Shown here: piece by piece, positions 25,516 through 37,473 of the stretch | How positions within the stretch are numbered: the first letter of the stretch is position 1 | How the letters are laid out: each line of letters starts with the position of its first letter | NCBI GenBank assembly: GCA_951804945.1 | Contig: OX638161.1 | Span: forward strand, 5,022,001 to 5,086,000 | DNA: 64,000 nucleotides | Reading direction: 5' to 3' | Origin: Podarcis cretensis | Lineage: Eukaryota | The notes under the pieces: generated by a model | Seen by the model: the letters and a program-made list of their open reading frames with translations, nothing else | Database searches by the model: none | Told to the model about the DNA's origin: nothing | Translations under genes and position numbers: made by a program

Positions 25516-25556
25516 AAAAGAAAAGAAAAGAAAAGAAAAGAAAAGAAGAAAAGAAG
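25516..25556. repeat. (AAAAG)n microsatellite
   Basis: Seen directly. Confidence 0.95.
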
Positions 25557-25667
25557 CCACATTGTGGTGCATTCTGCTAAACAGAGGAAGAGGGGCTTTT
25601 TGAATGTGTTATTTATTTCAAAAAAGTGACAAATGGTATTTAACTGTTTTTGCCATGTTTCGTCTAG

Positions 25668-25974
25668 GCAATTTACACCTTTCGCGTGATATTTCTAGCA
25701 TGGAAGATGTAGCTCTGGAACTGTCAGAAACAGAGGACACGATCTCTGTTAGCAGCTGCTTTACCTCAGAGGACACCACAGAAGATTCAGGTGTTATGAG
25801 TTCCCCCTCTGATGTTGTCTCATTGGAGTCTCAGAATGACAGCGTGAGGTCAAGAGACAAGTCCATCGGGGCCCAGGAGACCTTGACCGAGGTGGATTCC
25901 ATGTATGTTGAACAGACGTGCTCTGTAAGGAATGCATTCTCCAGTAGTGATGAGTCTGGAATTGTTTCCCAAAG
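25668..25974 (+). CDS. COBL: COBL coding exon (..[33 protein letters not shown]..)
   Basis: Acceptor tttcgtctag|, donor AAG|gtaggt. 307 nt, phase 1 to 2. Contains the COBL signature [16 protein letters not shown]. Confidence 0.95.
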
Positions 25975-28456
25975 GTAGGTCTCATCTGTGAGGCAATTTA
26001 GATAATGTTAGTATTTATATCGCTTTTTATTTTTCTGCTGAATCTGAATGATCTCAGTGATCTTGTAGAGGAAACCAGGATTGCATAAGTGAAAATGTGA
26101 CTTAGGTTGATGGGAACTTGCCTTTGGTCACTTGTTGAGGTGGCAATGCAGATCGCTTTTAACAACTGCTTTGCATAAGCTTTCATCACTGTTTTCTTTT
26201 ACATTCTATTAATGAGCTTATTTCAAGTATTTCAGATTCATTCTTTTTGTACCACCTGTTATGTATTATAGCATCTACCCATAAATTGCCAATAGGACTT
26301 TCATTTTTGTAGTTTTACTGTTGCCTTTTGCACACAATTTCTCTCATAAAGACCTTGCTCCTACGATGTTGATTTGTCAAAGTGCTATTTTAACCCATGC
26401 TTTTGCATATGGCTGACTGCAGTGGAGCAACAGTACATAGTGGCCTTGGTTTAACAAATGCAAAGGTCAAAATTTTTGTGCTTTGGGGTCTTTGATATTC
26501 CTGTTGTGTGAACCTCTGCTAATCCATCTGTTACTTCAAGAAATTTCCAAGTGGTGTGATTTCAGCACCTTCTATTTTAGAGGGGAAAGGTCTTAAGTTT
26601 ATCGTGTTGTTTCCTATATTAAAAAGAGTGTGTGAAAAAAGCCACTGGTAATAGTTATCTGACCTGTGGAACACTATCAGGAAAAGACCTTGTGTTTTAC
26701 TTGAATGTAAGCCAGAGTAGGCCTATCAGAAACAAAAAGGTCTAGAGGAGAAGGGAAAGGCTCTGGAGGAAAGTTATGGGTTTGTTTTTAAGTGTGCTGT
26801 GTATTGCTAAATATGCTTGTGCAAAACATAGCATTTTGGTGTCACATGGCTTGTTGGAGTTGTGTTTCATTTAGGCTGGGTCATGTGTATGTACGTCATT
26901 ATTTCGGTTTGCCCGTTTGTCTGCCTTCATCCATCCATCCATGAACACTTTAAATTTTATGCCTTCAAAATCTATCGCTGTGTTTCCCTTCCACACTAGT
27001 GGGTGGCACCTGATGTAGCCACACAGTTTGTTCTCATCCCCTTCCGTTAGTATTTCCCCACCCACCACAAGTGGGAAAACTTATAAGTGCAAGTTTTCCC
27101 AGTGCTCTAGATTTGCCTAAAACTGCAGGTATTCATTTACCCGTCCTGACACACACCTTTTCATTTTTTAAAAAATTGAAATGTATTTTTCCACTATTCC
27201 AGATTTGCACAGTACTGCAAAAAAGGAAATGTGTCACTCCAAGTTTGGAGTCACTCACATTAAAGGCTGCTACCTCCCTTCCCACTGTACAAAATTCAGC
27301 TGAGATATGTACATTTCCCATTGAAATTGTGTATATTGACTAGGAAATGTGCACAATTCCCTCTTCATTGAGGCCTGGTGAATGTGCACAATAGCTGGCT
27401 GTTATGCACATTAACTGCTCAGCTCAGAGTCTCATGCACCTTATTTCTACCCTGCTGCCAACATCTTGGGCAACAAGAAGACAGTAGAGTTCTGTTTGTT
27501 TTTGTTTCTCTTCCCCTTAATTTATTTGGTTTCTCTTTTCCTCCCCTTTAGGCTTCATTTTCTGCCTGACTGTCAGTTTCATGGGCTGAGCTTTTGACAC
27601 TCCTTTTAATAACCCATTTTATAACCCAAAACACAAAATTGCTGGAAGAGTTTCATCTTCAGAATTGTGCTTGTCTGTATAAGACCCAGGCTAAACCAGC
27701 GGTAGCCAGTGTGGTGCACTGCAGGTGTTGTGTGACAACAGTTCCCATCATGCCCTGTCACACGTCATGCAAGATGGAGAGTTATAGTCTAGCAACATCT
27801 GTGTGGTTTAGCCGACCAGTCAGAGCCATTTCCCAGGGTGTTTGGCCGCTGCTGCATGCTGACAGCAGAGTGCAGGGTGAGGCCAAAGCTGGACAAACTA
27901 CCTCAGAAGGAGCATGATGTGTCTCCTCCCTAATATGTGCACAGTTTGATTTGGGGGTGGATTATGTTAATCTGGGTTTGAGCCAGTGACAAGCGAACTT
28001 GGTCAGGCAGAAAAAAATATTTACAGAATTTAAGCATTTCAAAATGCGGGAAAGCATTCTCTCTTGCACATTTTAATGAGACACTTTCAGGTCTTTGATA
28101 GGAGATTGACAGCACAATCCTAACCATGCCTACTCAGAAGTAAATACTGTAAATACTTAGTGGGGTTTACTCCCAGGTTTACAGCCATATTCAGATACCT
28201 TACAGGTTAAGTCCTTGCATTTCAGAAGAAATTGAAACAGTTTGCCATTTCTAAATTTTATTGAGATGTCTGGAAAGTGATTAATCAAGTAGCTACTTTG
28301 TATTCTCGAAAATAATTTGAACATTATGCTATTATTTTTCTCTCCAGTACAAAGAATTTCATTACAGAAACTGCAGTTAAATTTTCACTGAGTGCAGACA
28401 TTATCTAAACAAATGTAATCTGGTTTTCCCAGCTGTTAAAAGAAACAGTCAATGTT

Positions 28457-28458
<2 letters not shown>

Positions 28459-28494
<36 letters not shown>
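28459..28494. repeat. (CA)n microsatellite about 90 nt upstream of a COBL acceptor
   Basis: Seen directly. Confidence 0.95.
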
Positions 28495-28495
<1 letters not shown>

Positions 28496-28586
28496 GTTGA
28501 TGTTAAATTGATTAAATTTGATTATGCAGTGTCAATAGAAAAAAAGGAACAACCTTTTCATTCCTTTTCTTTTGTTTTGTTGTCAG

Positions 28587-28684
28587 TAGCAGGGATGAGG
28601 ACGAAATGATGGAAGCTAAGTTTGAAAACGCAGATGTGTTCATAGCTACTCAGGCCTTGGCTGCATTGGACAAAGACCTAATGG
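28587..28684 (+). CDS. COBL: COBL coding exon (SSRDEDEMMEAKFENADVFIATQALAALDKDLMA)
   Basis: Long polypyrimidine tract, then cag|tag|cag; donor G|gtaggt. 98 nt from the first AG, phase 2 to 1, which exactly bridges the flanking exons. LAALDKDL resembles COBL LAELDEDL. Confidence 0.85.
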
Positions 28685-29052
28685 GTAGGTTGAAGTTTAA
28701 ATTTGCACATCTGTATTGCAAAAAGAATGCAGGAAAAAGGCAAATGGTGACAATCCATCAGTTAGGCAGATGAGAGAGCAGTCAAACTGGGAAACTCCAT
28801 AGAGGTGGGACAGATCTCATAACTCAGGCTCTATCTAGTAGCAGCATATACCTCATCAGATTGTTCAGCTTCCATTGCCAACTTGTCTTACCTTTTTGGG
28901 ACAGTGTTGTGGGAGGTTATTCACAGTAGACAACAATCTGTTACTAAATATTATGAGGGTATAGTGAAAAACTGAAACAAGCCCATGAATTTCTTAATAT
29001 TGTTATTTACTTTGGTCATTACATTGAAAGGATGTTGAGTAGCCCTTGATAG

Positions 29053-29406
29053 GTAAAGGTAAAGGGACCCCTGACCATTAGGTCCAGTCATGACCGACTC
29101 GGGGTTGCGGCACTCATCTCGCTTTATTGGCTGAGGGAGCCGGCGTACAGCTTCCGGGTCATGTGGCCAGCATGACTAAGCCGCTTCTGGCGAAGCAGAG
29201 CAGTGCACGGAAATGGCGTTTACCTTCCGGCCAGAGCGGTACCTATTTATCTACTTGCACTTTGATGTGCTTTTCAACTCCTAGGTTGGCAGGAGCAGGG
29301 ACCGAGCAACGGGAGCTCACCCCTTCGTGGGGATTCGAACCGCCGACCTTCTGTTCGGCAAGTCCTAGCCTCTGTGGTTTAACCCACAGTGCCACCCGCA
29401 TCCCTA
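29053..29406 (-). mobile_element. Sauria SINE, subfamily A, full length
   Basis: 13-bp TSD TAGCCCTTGATAG at 29040-29052 and 29407-29419. Confidence 0.93.
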
Positions 29407-30297
29407 TAGCCCTTGATAGTAATATAATAATAATTAATAAATCCAGTAGTACTGGCTACGCAAATTTTCTGTTATCATACTTTTCATGGAACTATGTGCT
29501 GAAGAAATTCAGTTCAGCAGATTGTTGCTGTTTTAAAAACAAGTTTAGTTATCTACAGCATTGATGGGAGAGAGCATACTTTTCCTTATTTTATCTGGTG
29601 ATTGCATATATATATATATTATACAGAGCTGGGGGGAAAGCACTACAGTATCATTCCTATTCAGTTACTAGGCTAGATATTCAGTATTTTATATGTTTCA
29701 GACAAGTGGAATTTTCTCTAATAGCTTCTCACAAATGTGTCTCACGGCCTGCTTGGGGAATGCTATATTTTCCAGTTTATAAATTATTATCAGTAATTCC
29801 CTTTGTGTTGATATTTGGGAAAACATAATGTGCAAATGCATAATACACACAATTTGCTTTCATGAGGACTATGTTCTCTGTTTTATACCCAGTGATGTAA
29901 ACTGTGTAGCTGGCACATTCTCAGAGTACATTTTCATGATTAACCAGATATCAGTGTAGCTCCATTTTCTGGGATACACTGCACAGTAAGCAGAAGACAT
30001 ATTGGCAAATGTTTAGCATGAATGTGTATAAATTAAAAAGTGCTTACAAGATTATGGATGTGTTCATATAATACAACCAACTCAACACACCCAGTGGAGA
30101 TTTTATTATTTTATTATATTTATTTTCTAACCACAACCCTCTACACTGCATCTGAAGCAGCTACTGCAGCTGGAGTTTGTAATATAAGGGGTGCTGCTGT
30201 TAAAACCCCTTGGTTTATTATCCCCTGATTGTGATAATATTTTGGGATAATGTCCATGGTTCATAGTTTTGAAAGATGTTGTTTGTATTCTTTGCAG

Positions 30298-32285
30298 CCA
30301 TGGAGAGTATGCAGGATGATTCTGAAAGCGGATCTGTATCTAGTGAGACGAATGGTTCACCCCTCCCTTTTTCACGGGACGCTGAGACTGCCCAAGATGT
30401 TCCAGTTCCTGTGCCAGTGACGATAATAGATGAAATTCCCGAAACTGACATTATAATCCAGCCCACTAGAGAGGAAGGAGAACCTTTGTTTTCTGAGTCA
30501 GGGGCTAATGAACATATTTCAGCTGACCCCATTATCCCAGGGAAGCTTACTAATGAAAATAATAATGCTGGTTCTTTGAGCAAGGGATCTGTGGATGGTA
30601 TATCCTCCAATTTATCCAAGAGCTTATTACAACAACAGTCACCTAAAGAAGAGTTTGGACGCCAATCTGAGAAAGAGCAGATATATATATCGGAGACACA
30701 CACACCTTCCTGTGAAAAAACGAACATGAAGGATGTGTCCCCGGAAATCCTCACAAAAAATGGTACTGAGTCTGAAAGATCCAAAGTGATTTCTTCCAAC
30801 TTTACTGTTATGAGTGAAAGAAATAGAACAAAGGAGAAAGTAAAACAATTGAAAGAGGATAATACCAAGGAAGGACTTCCAAGCAAAATAAAATCTGAAT
30901 TGGAATTCAGGTATGCATCAACAAAAGACCCAGAGGAGCAGCAAAGTATCTCTACCCCATCTTTATGGTGTTACCGTGTTCGCAATGGAATCACAAACTA
31001 TGAACCTAAAATAGGTCTGACCACCTTTAAAGTTGTACCTCCCAAACCTGAAGTGAAATATTTTGACAGAGATGCCTCCCTTTCTACTGGTGCCATTAAA
31101 ATAGATGAATTGGGCAACATGGTGGCTCCAAATGCTGGTATTATAAAAAAGGTCACAGTAAATACGACTTCAAGTGAACCAGAGGAAACTCTCATTGGGA
31201 GAGCCAAAGCATACTGGAGATCAAATTCTCTGAAAACACCATTGGGGGAGTCCCCAGTAGGCTTTCCCACCAAGCCAGCAGTCATCACCAATTTCAAACC
31301 TCTCAGTAAAATAGGGGAAACAAAGCCTGACTCCCTTGCAAGTCTGAAGGCAGCAACAGCACCACTAGCTGGTTCCAGGACAGTTGACAATAATGTTGGG
31401 CCTTGCGGGGGGAAGCCACTCATTTCTGCCACACCGTCTTCGGTTAAAATGCTAACGACTCCAGTGGTCAAGACAGATAAGATGGAGCTCCCATTTCAGA
31501 AGCCCCAAAGAAGAACATCAAGCCATTATGTAGCCTCTGCCATTGCAAAATGCATCGATCCACTCCAGTTTAAAACCAGTCAAGAAAGGCATGACAAAGT
31601 AGAAGAGATGAGGGATGGAGAAGTGGGAAAAACTGAAACAGAACCACTTCCCAAAAGATGCATTATTTTGGCCAAAACCTGCCCAGTAGAAATGCAGCCA
31701 GCAGAAACAAAAAAATCCTACGTAGATATCTTCAGTTGCAGCCAAAATGCATCAAACACTCTACCACTTGGTGCTCATTCCAAGATAAGAAATAGCACTC
31801 ATTGCTACAGGGAGCCATTTGCCACAATACCGTCTAAAGATGGTGGTCTCACAGGAGAGAAGCCCAGATGGGGTTCAATAGAAAATGTAGTTGTTAGAGA
31901 GACACCTTCTATATTTAATCAAAGGAGGGAGCAAACAGATGAGGCTAACTGTCCTTTCTTCCTTCGTTCATCCAACAATTTATCATCTTCCACCACTTCC
32001 AGCTCTTCTGGGAAATCAGCCGATGGGCATCCTATCAACAGTAGACCATCAGAGTTAGATGGAACAACTATTGTTAATCATGTAGTTTCAGAAAAAGATG
32101 AAAAACTTGGCAGTGCATGTGAAAGCAAAAGGGTAGAGTCTGATGTGGGAGGTGATAATAAAGTTTTTGGGCCAAAGAAGAAGTTTAAGCCAGTCATCCA
32201 GAAGCCACTTCCAAAAGATACATCTCTACACAGTGCTTTAATGGAAGCCATCCAGAATGCAGGAGGAAGAGAAAATCTCCGAAAG
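30298..32285 (+). CDS. COBL: COBL large exon ending in WH2 domain 1 (SLHSALMEAIQNAGGRENLRK)
   Basis: Acceptor gtattctttgcag|, donor AAG|gtaaaa. 1988 nt inside the 679-aa ORF. Motifs YEPKIGLTTFKVVPPKPE, SLSTGAIKIDELGN, RRTSSHYVASAIAK and VFGPKKKFKPVIQKP are typical of COBL. Confidence 0.97.
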
Positions 32286-32444
32286 GTAAAAAACAAAACC
32301 AAAAAACTTAGCTGAAAGCATATCTGGATGTTATAGGAAATGCCTCTTACTGGATGCATGAAGTTTCTTGTAACATAAGGAACAGCTCTTAGACTTCTTA
32401 AAAGAAGAGGGGCTGAGAAAACCCAGCTGGATGGTTGGAAATAA

Positions 32445-32492
<48 letters not shown>
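32445..32492. repeat. (ATT)n microsatellite
   Basis: Seen directly. Confidence 0.95.
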
Positions 32493-32494
<2 letters not shown>

Positions 32495-32927
32495 ATAGTG
32501 AGCCCTGCCTTTCAACCTTAGCAGGTACCAGTCTGTTTTATAACAGTTGTTGTTTCTATTTTAAAAAAAATATATAGTGGCAAGATACTGAACCAGGCTG
32601 CTATCACTTCTGCACTGTGTGCTTTTTGCTTCTTTAGCAAGAAAGTGCAGAAGTGTCTATTGAAGCTAATTATGAATGGCATATAGTATAAGACTAATAC
32701 TGTACTCATTAAAAGTAATGAGATCTAGTTGAACATAATCCAGATGGCAAGATTGATTATTAGGCCTACTCCTACAAATCCCATTTAATTTTCAATGTAC
32801 TCAGGATGGATAAAGGCCAAAGAGAGGTAAGCCAACTTCCAACTGAGTGACATTCCGGATGCTCAAATTACCTTGCTTCCTAACTAGGTAGAAATAAATT
32901 GTTTATATCTGTTTTGTCACATGCTAG

Positions 32928-33047
32928 ATTTCACCCAGCATGGCGAATGGACCTCAGAAGAAGCCACTGTTCGCAGAACAAGAGAATGAGCGCTCTGCCC
33001 TTCTGGCAGCCATTAGAGGTCACAGTGGAGCCTCAAAGTTGAGAAAG
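32928..33047 (+). CDS. COBL: COBL exon with WH2 domain 2 (ERSALLAAIRGHSGASKLRK)
   Basis: Acceptor catgctag|, donor AAG|gtaaga. 120 nt, phase 0-0. Confidence 0.95.
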
Positions 33048-33185
33048 GTAAGAACAGAGACCTTGCATCTTTTCAGTAGCTTGTTCATCCTTTGCACTAT
33101 GTCATCCCTGTCCTGGAAATGCTATAGATGAAGCTCTGCTTCAATTAGCAAACCGTAAGTAAAAAAATAAGCCAGAGTAGACATG

Positions 33186-33219
<34 letters not shown>

Positions 33220-33605
33220 TTATATCCCGCCCATCTGGCTGGGTTTCCCCAGCCACTATTGGTGGCTTCCAACAGAAAATTAAAATACAGTAGTCTATGA
33301 AACATTAAAAGCTTCCCTAAATAGGGCTGCCTTCAGATGTCTTCTAAATGTCAGGGAGTTGTTTATCTCTTTGACATCTGGTGGGAGGGTGTTCCACTAC
33401 CGAGAAGGCCCTCTGCCTGGTTCCTTGTAGCTTTGCTTCTCACAGTGAGGGAACCACCAGAAGGCCCTCGGCGCTGGACCTCAGTGTCCGGGCAGAACGA
33501 TGGAGGTGGAGACGCTCCTTCAGGTATACTGGGCCAAGGCCGTTGAGGGCTTTAAAGGTCAGCACCAACACTTTGAATTGTGCTCAGAAACGTACTAGGA
33601 GCCAT
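33186..33605 (-). mobile_element. L2 LINE 3' fragment with (CAT)n tail
   Basis: Homologous to 21459-22162 without the SINE. (CAT)n at 33186-33219. Confidence 0.8.
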
Positions 33606-34489
33606 GTACATTCCTAGCAGAATGTATCACTTATGATTCACTGACAGAGTTGTACCTGAAGCAGCTGATAATAAACATTTATTTACTTAAAAATCAATCT
33701 AAACGTTTTTGAGGGATGGGACCTTAGCTCTGTGGTAGAATACATGAACGACCTCTAGCTGAGACTGGATAGCTGCACTCAGTCCGAGTGTGCAACACGA
33801 GGCTAGATGTGCAAATGGTCTAATGTGGTAAAAAGTAATCACTTAACGTTCCTTTGTTCTGTTCGTATGAGATGATTGTCCTATAGCTGCTGAGAGGAAG
33901 TCATCTATGGTTGGCACCTGAGAGTGGTCTGAAACTTCAACAGTTCCTGCACTCTGCCTTTGCAGTATAGGAAATAGAGCTGCCCAGATATGGCATCTAG
34001 CAATTATAAACTGAGGAAGAACTCAATACTTATGCTTCTGTCAACCATTGCGTGAATATTTAATTTTTAATTTGCTTGACTGCAGTTTGAGAGTGAAATG
34101 CAGGCGTATGCACTTTAAAAAGCTAATTATTCTGGAAGAATCCCTCATTGATTTGCGTAGTCCTTTTTCCCTTTTAAAATAGGATTCAAATGATACTTTT
34201 TTGAGATAAAAAAAAATCAAGCAAATTTTGAAGGCACAGAGTAATTATCACCGTTTCTAGTTTCTGATAATGCTTCCGGGGAAGGCTAATAAATCATGTT
34301 AATTCCAAACTCCTTGTTGTCATTTCCAACCTAACTTAGTGGCCAACTGGCAACATTTTTCCCTTATGTGCCAAAATAAATTCCAGGATCCCACAGTTCA
34401 AACAAATAAATCAGGATTGAATTTCTGAGCATGCTTCAAGGCCAAATCTTAATCATCAGTTCATTTAAATGATGTGGGAGGGGAACAGA

Positions 34490-34560
34490 TGTTCCTGCAT
34501 TGTAGGGAGTTAGACTAGATGACGCTTGGAAGTCCCTTCCAACTCTACAATTCTGTGATT
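34490..34560 (+). mobile_element. CR1 3' terminal fragment
   Basis: gttagactagatgac..gtcccttccaactctacaattctgtgatt, a typical CR1 3' end. Confidence 0.7.
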
Positions 34561-34641
34561 TACTAGGGAAATTAGAGCTGTCATAAGGTTTACATCTATG
34601 GAACAAGGCAAAATTGTCCAGAAGGGAAGAGATTAAAATAT

Positions 34642-35249
34642 CATTATGAGTTTGCGCATGCCAGACCCTTCAAAGTCAAACACAAGCCAGGCTAGCTTCC
34701 TGTGTTCAGGTGTTGGGTATTAAGAAAACAAAGGAAAGGTGATGGGCCATTAAGAGAGCAAAAGAGAGGGGTTCTGTGACAGACGACAAATGGGTAGGAT
34801 CCCTCCTCCAGCTCTTAGACAAAGCTGGAGTTTGAGTGCAGGGTTTGCTGTGAGATGAAAAGCCACAGGCTGAAAAGGCAGAGAGAAAGCCATGGCTGAT
34901 TTTTTATTGAATCCCAGGCTGTGGCTGTGGGAGAAGCAAGAATAAGGTTACCAGATTTTTTTCAATGAATCCGGGGACACTTTTCAACTTCAATAGATTT
35001 TGTATGGGAGCTTATTTGCAAATCTGGGGACTGTCCCTGGGAAACGGGGACATCTGGTAACCTTAAGCAAGAACTTCTTGGGGTGTTGATGCTCTGAAAC
35101 CCTCCATAGTAGGCTCAGGTTGTATATATCTGTAAATAAACCATATATCCTAAAAACACCCCCGTCTCCGCTGTGCCTCATTCCCAAAAGGAAACGTGGA
35201 CCCTGGGTGGAATCTCACACCGCTTGGAGACTGGGGAGGTGTGTTAACA
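34642..35249 (+). mobile_element. Probable solo LTR hosting a hAT MITE
   Basis: Ends GTTAACA, has tatata..AATAAA internally and a possible ATAT TSD. Related sequence at about 44170-44260. Confidence 0.55.
34943..35065. mobile_element. hAT MITE
   Basis: TIR TAAGGTTACCAGAT; 8-bp TSD AGCAAGAA at 34935-34942 and 35066-35073. Confidence 0.9.
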
Positions 35250-35321
35250 ATATGCACCCAGTATCATGGTTCCTTTAAGCCTACTATAACCTCCCCGCAA
35301 CTTCATTTTTCTCCATGGTAG

Positions 35322-35573
35322 ATTTCTTCATCTGCTTCTGAAGAGCTGCAGAGTTTTCAAAAAGCAGAAGCAGCTTTGCAAAACAGAGAGGCCTCTACAA
35401 CAGAGCAACGGGGGAATCAGCTGCTGCCACCGCCGCCGCCTCCTCCACCACCTCAAGTGACAATGAAAACTCCTAGGTACATTGCAAGCCCAAGAACAGA
35501 CAGCCCAGGGGATGCAAGGCAGGCGCTAATGGAAGCAATCCGCTCGGGAACTGGGGCAGCGCGTTTGAGAAAG
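35322..35573 (+). CDS. COBL: COBL exon with polyproline linker and WH2 domain 3 (DARQALMEAIRSGTGAARLRK)
   Basis: Acceptor ctccatggtag|, donor AAG|gtaagc. 252 nt, phase 0-0. Starts ISSSASEELQSF, matching COBL. Confidence 0.95.
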
Positions 35574-36878
35574 GTAAGCATCTTTCTAAGGCGGAATATG
35601 AACAGGAGGAGGCACGGTTTGGGGCCTGTGGTTGAATGCAAGATAGGGAAGCAGGTGTGCTTGTTTGGCACAAGTAGGAAAGGAGTAGAAGTGAAATAAC
35701 TGAGATTTCTGTGAAATGAAGATAGTCATAAAGCAGGCTAAATGACCTATTACGTGATTTCTGTGAGTGTTTGTCATGCAACTTAGTGTGGCTCCTCAGA
35801 AAATCTGGAGCATCCTGTGTTCAGTCTTATGGGACAATAAAATTAGGCTTTCATACAGACAGTATTCTCATATCGATTAGGAGCAACTCTTACAAATTGC
35901 ATACCATAACTGGTAAGACTTTGGGCCTTCTGTTCTCCTTCTGTCACAGGAAGACTCCCCTTTGTGGTCCAAATCTTAGGGCCAACTTAAACACTGGTGC
36001 CTCCCGTGCAGCTGTGCACCAGATGCTATTCCCAGTGATTTTTAGAGTGATTTGACCCTTTTGACTTTGCCTTTCAGCTTCCTTTTCCCCAATCTCCTCG
36101 TTTTGGGGAAAGCTTCCTATTTCAGAGCTTAATATGTTCATGTTGAATTTTCTTGGTAATTGGCCATTTACACGGCATTGTTATTCCATAGAAGTATAGT
36201 CACTGGTCTCAGTTGGCTCACACCAGGCCCCAGGAGCCACTCCCGATTAAGGCCAGGGTCACCGCCCCAGAAAGTGATCACGGGTGCATTTGCAAATGCA
36301 TATGGAATTTCCCCACCTCAGATCTTACCACAAGCATGCAAATACGTAAACTTATCTGCTTGCCCTCTACAGGAAAACAAACCCACAAAAGTTATAAACA
36401 AAATGTTACAGCTTTCAAGTCATTTCGTGAGACAGTACAAACCACAGAAAATCATTAGTCATTGGAGAAGAAATCTGTAGCTTTCAAAGCCTATTGCATT
36501 TCTGTAAACAACAATGCTGTACAAACCATGACGTCACAGGTCATGGGGAGATAATGCTGTTACTGGTGAGGTTGGTTTCTTGTTCAGCATGGGCCCCTTT
36601 GTATGTTTTCCCTCATCTGTTAAGGTCAAATATGGTGCCCTGTATTGGAGACCACAGAATTCAATAAAAGGTGTGGAATGGACGACAGGGGGAAAACGGT
36701 ATTTGCAATGATCAATGAAATTGTTTATATATTTCATATTTTATTATTATACATCACTTCAGTACACTTCTGGGTGTATGAAGAGATAGATAAACATAAT
36801 AAACTAAACTAAAAATTCACTTCCTGCTCTGTTCTTCTATAAAGGTGCTCCTTACCCATGGAAAGTTTGATTGTATAT

Positions 36879-36999
36879 AGGATGGTATTCAACTAAGTTT
36901 ATTTCTGAGTAGACCCATTGAAGTTAATGAACATGGCTAAGTTAGGTTCATTAATTTCAATAGGTCTATTCTGAGTAGAACTTGAATGAATACCACCCT
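36879..36999. repeat. Short palindromic dispersed repeat (hairpin family)
   Basis: ggatggtattca..gagtagacccattgaa..ttcaataggtctattc..tgaataccaccc. Related hairpins near 5745, 10643, 12857, 23851, 23950, 28110 and 57865. Confidence 0.6.
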
Positions 37000-37293
37000 T
37001 ATTTATTTACTGCAATATTTAAAATCCTTCATGTTTAGTTGCCAGATGGTAAAAGAGTCCATACTGAACAATAGAAATGAGCGTGGAAGGAGATGGAGTT
37101 ACTGAAGAGAGAGAGAAATAATTTTAAATCAGATTTCCTAATTAAGTACATTTGTTGCGCTTCTGTTCAATATTTTAGCAAGGAAAAATGCGATCAAATG
37201 TGAAAGATAACAATTTGTGTGTGAAATTGAGGCCACATTTAAACTTGCTTCAAATTAGGGTGTATGCAATTTTTAATAAATATAATGAGGGTG

Positions 37294-37295
37294 TA

Positions 37296-37343
<48 letters not shown>
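37294..37343. repeat. (AAT)n microsatellite
   Basis: Seen directly. Confidence 0.95.
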
Positions 37344-37473
37344 TTATTTGTATCCCGCCCTCCCTGGCCAAGAAACACAGTCTGACAACTAGACATACAA
37401 AGATAGGTTAACATCATAATGTCATTTTTGAGACTGAAAATATAAATTATAATATATATTTATTTTATTTCAG

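Noticed and set aside
28340-28410. Additional COBL exon after ctctccag at about 28347
   Set aside because: The required frame hits TAA with no good donor before it, and exon phases already close without it.
30218-31745. Antisense ORFs (222 and 157 aa) opposite the COBL exon
   Set aside because: Shadow frames of the coding strand with no independent motifs.
30276-32315. 679-aa ORF as a standalone single-exon gene
   Set aside because: It is the large internal COBL exon. Its first and last residues are intronic (acceptor 30297, donor 32286).
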